Source: Candidatus Limnocylindrales bacterium (GTDB taxonomy: Bacteria > Moduliflexota > Moduliflexia > Moduliflexales > JAUQPW01). Taken from it: a stretch of DNA of 31,412 nucleotides. Below the pieces are notes generated by a model. The model did not search any database, was not told the DNA's origin, and worked only from the letters and a program-made list of their open reading frames with translations. The position numbers were made by a program, and so were the translations under genes. Below, piece by piece: positions 26,228-31,412 of this stretch; within the stretch, counting starts at the first letter, position 1; every line of letters begins with the position of its first letter. The DNA lies in the NCBI GenBank assembly GCA_035559535.1, contig DATMBG010000022.1, positions 318,568 through 349,979 on the forward strand, in the 5' to 3' direction.

Positions 26228-28426
26228 ATGAACACCGGTAAAAATGAAAAGGCTGTAATCGTAAAGGACCTGGAAAAGCGGTTTGGTAGCTTCATTGCTG
26301 TGAATCGTATTAGTTTCGAGGTTGCCAAAGGGGAGATTTTCGGTTTCCTGGGTCCCAACGGTTCGGGCAAATCCACAACAATTCGTATGCTGTGTGGTAT
26401 TCTGGCTCCTACTGCCGGGACAGGAACGGTTGCTGGATTTGATCTTCGTACCGAAGCGGAAAAGATCAAGGCCCATATTGGTTACATGAGCCAGAAGTTC
26501 TCGCTCTACGAGGATCTCACCGTCGAGGAGAATATAACCTTCTACAGTGGCATCTACCGCATCCCTCCGGAAAAAAAGAAAGAACGTAAGGAATGGGTCA
26601 TGGAGATGGCCGGTCTCAAGGAGCATCGACATTCTCAAACAGCCATTCTGTCGGGCGGTTGGAAACAGCGATTAGCCCTGGGGTGTGCCATTCTCCACGA
26701 GCCGCCGATTCTCTTCCTGGACGAACCCACATCGGGTGTGGACCCTATCAGTCGTCGTCAGTTCTGGGATCTGATCTATGAGCTTTCTGGCAAAGGAGTG
26801 ACGGTCTTCGTCACCACCCACTACCTGGATGAGGCCGAATATTGCCATCGCATCGGCTTTATCCACCAAGGTGAGTTGATTGCCGTGGGAACCCCCCAGG
26901 TGCTCAAGACCGAATTCATACAAGAAGATATCCTGGAAGTCTTGTGTGAACGGCCTCAGGACGTAATAGATGAGATCGAGAAGGTGGCAGGTGTCAAGGA
27001 AGTCACTCTGTTCGGTCAAGGATTGCATATCACAACCGGGGAGAGCCGTAAGGTTTCGGCAATTGTTCAGAACCTCCTCAACGCGCGAGGTTATCCGGCC
27101 GACCGTATCAAGAAAATAGTCCCTTCCCTGGAAGATGTATTCGTTTCACTCCTTTCGGCCCGGAATCGAGACCTCACTCCTTCTTCCCATCCCCGCCCCT
27201 TTAGGCCCTCCCTCCCCCTCTCCCAGGTTGGGAAAGGCGAAAGGGAGAAGGGGAAGGAAAGGGAGAGAGAGGAGGTGGGAAGAGGTTCGACGATAAAGTT
27301 ATTGCGAATTTGGGCAATTGCCCGTAAGGAGTTTACCCATATCATCCGCGATCCCCGAAGCCTCGGAATGGCCATTGCCATTCCCATACTCATGTTGGTA
27401 CTCTTTGGTTACGCACTGACGTTAGACGTGGATAACGTGCCGATGGTTATCTGGGATCAGGACAATTCCAAGATAAGTCAGGAGTTTATCAGTCACTTCG
27501 ATGGTTCTCGCTATTTCTCGATTCGGGGATATGCCCGTAACTATCGGGAAGTTGAGCGGGCCATTGATTCCGGACAGGTCCTCCTGGCCCTCGTTATTCC
27601 GACAGATTTCGCCCAGCGTATCGAGTCCGGGCGGTCGGTTTCGGTCCAATTGATTGTGGACGGGAGTGATTCCAACACAGCGATTATCGCCATAGGCTAC
27701 GTCGAGGCGGTAACTTTGACCTATTCCCGAAGTATTGCCATTGAGGAGATCCAGAGAGTCGGCGGGCGTACACCTTATCTACCACTGGAGTTGCGACCCC
27801 GGGTTTGGTTTAATACCGACATGGAATCCAAAAATTACATCATCCCCGGCCTCATCGCCGTGATTACCATGGTGATCGCAGCACTTTTGACTTCTCTAAC
27901 CGTCGCCCGCGAATGGGAACGCGGCACCATGGAGCAGTTGATTTCTACACCCGTCAAGGGCCAGGAACTGATCCTTGGGAAGCTTCTGCCCTACCTTGCC
28001 ATCGGTATGTTTAACGTGCTGCTGGCCGTGCTTATGGGCCAGTTCGTATTTCAGGTTCCCCTACATGGTAATGTGGCTTTACTCTTTGGGGTAGCTTTCA
28101 TATTTGTAACAGGGGCTTTATCCCTGGGCATGCTGATTAGTATCGTGACCAAGAACCAGCTTTTGGCTAACCAGTTGGCCATGGTACTGACCTTTCTGCC
28201 CTCGTTTCTGCTATCCGGGTTTGTGTACGCCATTAGCAATATGCCCCAGCTACTTCAACTCATCACGTACCTGATCCCTGCCAGGTATTTCATGACCCTC
28301 CTCAAGGGTATCTACCTGAAAGGTGTGGGGTTAGAGATCCTGGCCATGGAGACAGGCCTCCTGACCCTCTTCAGTGCGGCCATGGTAACTCTGGCCAATC
28401 TAAAGTTCAAGAAGAAGCTGGAGTAG
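26228..28426 (+). CDS. ABC ATPase fused in frame to an ABC-2 permease (YbhF C-half + YbhS-like)
   Basis: Start moved to ATG 26228 (SD AGAGGA). GPNGSGKS, LSGGW, LDEPT, TTH and PSLEDVF, then a low-complexity linker, then IARKEFTHIIRDPRSL, VDGSDSN and AREWERGTMEQL. Confidence 0.9.
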   Translation: MNTGKNEKAVIVKDLEKRFGSFIAVNRISFEVAKGEIFGFLGPNGSGKSTTIRMLCGILAPTAGTGTVAGFDLRTEAEKIKAHIGYMSQKFSLYEDLTVEENITFYSGIYRIPPEKKKERKEWVMEMAGLKEHRHSQTAILSGGWKQRLALGCAILHEPPILFLDEPTSGVDPISRRQFWDLIYELSGKGVTVFVTTHYLDEAEYCHRIGFIHQGELIAVGTPQVLKTEFIQEDILEVLCERPQDVIDEIEKVAGVKEVTLFGQGLHITTGESRKVSAIVQNLLNARGYPADRIKKIVPSLEDVFVSLLSARNRDLTPSSHPRPFRPSLPLSQVGKGEREKGKEREREEVGRGSTIKLLRIWAIARKEFTHIIRDPRSLGMAIAIPILMLVLFGYALTLDVDNVPMVIWDQDNSKISQEFISHFDGSRYFSIRGYARNYREVERAIDSGQVLLALVIPTDFAQRIESGRSVSVQLIVDGSDSNTAIIAIGYVEAVTLTYSRSIAIEEIQRVGGRTPYLPLELRPRVWFNTDMESKNYIIPGLIAVITMVIAALLTSLTVAREWERGTMEQLISTPVKGQELILGKLLPYLAIGMFNVLLAVLMGQFVFQVPLHGNVALLFGVAFIFVTGALSLGMLISIVTKNQLLANQLAMVLTFLPSFLLSGFVYAISNMPQLLQLITYLIPARYFMTLLKGIYLKGVGLEILAMETGLLTLFSAAMVTLANLKFKKKLE

Positions 28427-28428
28427 AT

Positions 28429-29559
28429 ATGTTTGAACGCATAAAATACATGCTCTTCAAGGAGTTCATCCAGATCTTTCGAGATCCACGGATGAAGTTT
28501 GTTATATTCGTGGCACCTGTGGTTCAGGTCCTGGTGTTTGGATATGCCGCAACAAACGATATACGACAGGTTCCCATTGCGGTTTACGATCTTGATAATA
28601 GCGTAACCAGTCGAGAACTCATAGCCCGTTTTGTGAGATCGGGTTATTTTAATATTGTGACGTTCGTTCAGGATGAGCGTCATGCCACTACGTTAATAGA
28701 CCGTGATAAGATCCGGGCTGTGCTTCGTATGAATAAAGGTTTCGAAGAGGATGTGGGAGCCGGAAGGACGGCCCAACTTCAGGTGATTGTAGATGGAACG
28801 GATTCCAATATGGCAGGAATCGTACTCAATTACAGTACCAGGATTGTCGAGCAGTTCTCACAGGAGATTTTAACCACAAGGCTCATGCGGCTTCAAGGCC
28901 CGGTCCGAACTCCCGGGCAAATAGAGGTGCAAACCCGGACCTGGTTCAATGAGAACCTTGAGAGTCGTAATTTTTACGTGCCTGCCATCATCGCCAACCT
29001 CGTTTTACTCATGACCATGTTGTTGACGAGTATGGCCGTTGTGCGTGAGAAGGAGATCGGTACCCTGGAGCAGATTCTTGTCACTCCCATCACCCCAGTG
29101 GAGTTCATCCTGGGTAAGACCACTCCTTTCATCCTCATTGGTTTTGCCAATGTAAGTTTAATTACAGGGGTGGGGGTATTCTGGTTTAAGGTACCCATCC
29201 GGGGAAGTCTGATATTGCTTTTCTTTGCCACAGCCCTTTACTTGATGACGACGTTAGGGGTGGGACTTTTGATTTCAACCATCAGTCAGACTCAACAGCA
29301 GGCTATGATGAGTTCTTTTTTCTTTACTTTTCCGGCGATGCTCTTGTCGGGATTCATGTTTCCAATTACCAGTATGCCTCAAGTCATCCAGTGGCTAACT
29401 TATCTGAACCCTCTGAGGTATTTCCTGGTCATTATTCGGGGTATCTTCCTTAAAGGGGTAGGAGTGAGCATTCTTTGGCCTCAAATGGTCGTATTAGCCC
29501 TCATAGGCCTTACCGTACTGGGGTTGGCATCGCGAAGATTCCAGAAAACCCTTACCTGA
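28429..29559 (+). CDS. ABC-2 type permease (YbhR-like)
   Basis: KEFIQIFRD, FGYAAT, VDGTDSN, VREKEIGTLEQ, LSGFMFP and NPLRYF. Confidence 0.95.
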   Translation: MFERIKYMLFKEFIQIFRDPRMKFVIFVAPVVQVLVFGYAATNDIRQVPIAVYDLDNSVTSRELIARFVRSGYFNIVTFVQDERHATTLIDRDKIRAVLRMNKGFEEDVGAGRTAQLQVIVDGTDSNMAGIVLNYSTRIVEQFSQEILTTRLMRLQGPVRTPGQIEVQTRTWFNENLESRNFYVPAIIANLVLLMTMLLTSMAVVREKEIGTLEQILVTPITPVEFILGKTTPFILIGFANVSLITGVGVFWFKVPIRGSLILLFFATALYLMTTLGVGLLISTISQTQQQAMMSSFFFTFPAMLLSGFMFPITSMPQVIQWLTYLNPLRYFLVIIRGIFLKGVGVSILWPQMVVLALIGLTVLGLASRRFQKTLT

Positions 29560-29630
29560 TGGCTAAGGAAATTGCTAAAGAGGGTTAATAATACCAAGTT
29601 GATATTAACCTATAGGAGGTAAAGTAGGGA

Positions 29631-29666
29631 CAGCCCCATCCTGACCCTCCCCCCATGGGGGGAGGG
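29631..29666. repeat. G/C-rich palindromic REP-like element, copy 2
   Basis: CAGCCCCATCCTGA followed by the perfect 22-bp palindrome CCCTCCCCCCATGGGGGGAGGG; same architecture as 390-425. Confidence 0.75.
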
Positions 29667-29920
29667 AAGGAAGTCAGGTTAGAAAAACTACCTCAGAAAA
29701 AGGGAAGGGAGGGGCTACCTGCTTGAGAGCGACCGACAGGGGTAGTTCCAGAGGGTTGTCCTGTAGGAGAGTAGATAATTGCCGCCCGGCCCCCCTTTAG
29801 GCAACATTTTTATTGTGAAGGGGGGAGACAGTAACGAAATAATCCCCTTAAAGAGGAAGGGAGAAGGAATGGAAGAAAGGGAAAGTCCATTTTTCTTTTC
29901 TTTCCTGCTAGAGTAAACCT

Positions 29921-31412
29921 ATGAAAAGTCCTGGTATGCCAACTACAGATCCCGTCCATGACGTTTTGCGCTATGAACGTCAACCCCTGGATGCGATCTT
30001 CGCACCGCGGAATGTGGCTGTAATCGGTGCGACCGAAAAGGCTGGCAGTGTCGGACGTACCGTTTTATGGAACCTCATCCATAATCCCTTTGGGGGAGTC
30101 GTTTTTCCTGTCAATCCGAACCGACATAGCGTATTAGGGATCAAAGCCTATCCCCATATTGGAGCGGTACCCGATCCGGTGGACCTTGCCGTTATTATCA
30201 CACCGGCACCTACGGTACCTGGAATCATCGGAGAGTGTGTCGATGCCGGTGTAAAAGGAGCGATTATCATCTCCGCCGGTTTCAAGGAGTGTGGGCCGGA
30301 AGGTGCTGAGTTAGAGCAACAAATCCTTGAGCAGGCGCGTCGTGGGAAGATACGCATCATTGGACCCAATTGTCTGGGTGTGATGAACCCGCTTACCGGT
30401 CTTAACGCCACCTTCGCCAGGACTATGGCACGACCCGGGAATGTCGGCTTTATCAGCCAGAGTGGTGCACTGTGCACAGCTATCCTGGATTGGAGTTTAC
30501 AAGAGAACGTAGGATTCAGCGCCTTCATCTCTATCGGCTCTATGCTCGACGTCGGTTGGGGGGATCTCATTTATTACCTGGGTGACAATCCCCACACCCA
30601 CAGTATCGTCATTTATATGGAGTCCATAGGGGATGCCCGATCGTTCCTCTCTGCGGCTCGGGAAGTAGCCCTCACTAAACCCATCATTGTCATCAAGGCC
30701 GGTCGTACAGAGGCTGCAGCGAAGGCCGCAGCTTCCCATACGGGGGCTCTCACCGGGAGCTATGAAGTCCTGGAGGCAGCTTTTCGCCGTTGTGGTGTAC
30801 TTCACGTCAATAACATTGCCTATCTTTTCCATATGGCCGAAGTGCTCGCCAAGCAACCGCGTCCCCGAGGTCCGCGGCTAACGATTGTTACCAACGCCGG
30901 TGGCCCCGGGGTACTTGCCACCGATGCCCTGATCGCAGAGGGGGGAGAATTGGCGGAATTATCCCCGGAAACCCTGGAATCCCTCAACCAACTTCTCCCG
31001 GTTTACTGGAGCCATAGCAACCCTATCGATATTTTAGGAGATGCCGACCCTCAGCGATATGCAAAAGTCCTGGAGATTGCCGCGAAAGATCCGAATAGCG
31101 ATGGTCTATTGGTCATTTTGACTCCCCAGGCGATGACCGATCCGACCCAAACGGCGGAGCAGTTGAAAGCTTACGCCCAGAATAGCCACATACCTATCCT
31201 CGCCAGTTGGATGGGTGGGGCCGATGTTGCGGCGGGAACAGCGATTCTTAACCAGGCCGGTATTCCTACCTTCCCTTACCCGGACACGGCTGCCAGGGTG
31301 TTCAATTACATGTGGCGATATAGTTACAACCTGCGGGGTCTATACGAAACTCCGGTCCTCCCGGTAGGGGGGTATGAGAGTGTCCACACCTCTATCCCCA
31401 CACCCCCCCCCC
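29921..31412 (+). CDS. Acetate--CoA ligase (NDP-forming) family / Pat-type protein, 5' part (runs off right edge)
   Basis: Not in the ORF track. Reads [96 protein letters not shown]-terminal GNAT domain is usual in this subfamily but would lie outside the window. Confidence 0.9.
   Translation, partial: MKSPGMPTTDPVHDVLRYERQPLDAIFAPRNVAVIGATEKAGSVGRTVLWNLIHNPFGGVVFPVNPNRHSVLGIKAYPHIGAVPDPVDLAVIITPAPTVPGIIGECVDAGVKGAIIISAGFKECGPEGAELEQQILEQARRGKIRIIGPNCLGVMNPLTGLNATFARTMARPGNVGFISQSGALCTAILDWSLQENVGFSAFISIGSMLDVGWGDLIYYLGDNPHTHSIVIYMESIGDARSFLSAAREVALTKPIIVIKAGRTEAAAKAAASHTGALTGSYEVLEAAFRRCGVLHVNNIAYLFHMAEVLAKQPRPRGPRLTIVTNAGGPGVLATDALIAEGGELAELSPETLESLNQLLPVYWSHSNPIDILGDADPQRYAKVLEIAAKDPNSDGLLVILTPQAMTDPTQTAEQLKAYAQNSHIPILASWMGGADVAAGTAILNQAGIPTFPYPDTAARVFNYMWRYSYNLRGLYETPVLPVGGYESVHTSIPTPPP

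Noticed and set aside
30148-30881. Three minus or alternate-frame ORFs near the right end
   Set aside because: They are shadows of the CoA-ligase-family CDS starting at 29921, which the track missed because it has no stop in the window.

Overview
Bacterial chromosomal window with mostly housekeeping and stress genes; no CRISPR array, intact transposase or prophage was seen. Left to right: partial tadA, tRNA-Arg(ACG), tRNA-Ser(GCT), tRNA-Ser(TGA) and serS (all minus); a ClpG/ClpK-type AAA+ disaggregase, an SDH/ClpP-fold serine protease and a rhomboid protease (minus); an acetamidase/formamidase remnant; nrdR-nrdJ with tandem NrdR boxes; a secreted MBL-fold protein with degenerate metal motifs; a general-stress cluster (hemerythrin, YflT-like protein, a deletion scar, a phosphoribosyltransferase); an actinobacterial-type Kgd/OdhA (E2o-E1o fusion) followed by an E2-like protein whose catalytic His is replaced by Tyr; an NnrS-like membrane protein; a TetR-regulated YbhG/F/S/R-like ABC exporter with an ATPase-permease fusion; and the 5' part of an acetate-CoA ligase/Pat-family gene. 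The most notable signals are the Kgd plus apparently inactive E2 pair, the ClpG locus, and several families of short repeats (7-mer and 8-mer tandem/inverted arrays, REP-like palindromes), some of them in frame inside protein linkers. All family assignments come from motif recognition by eye; no database search was run.
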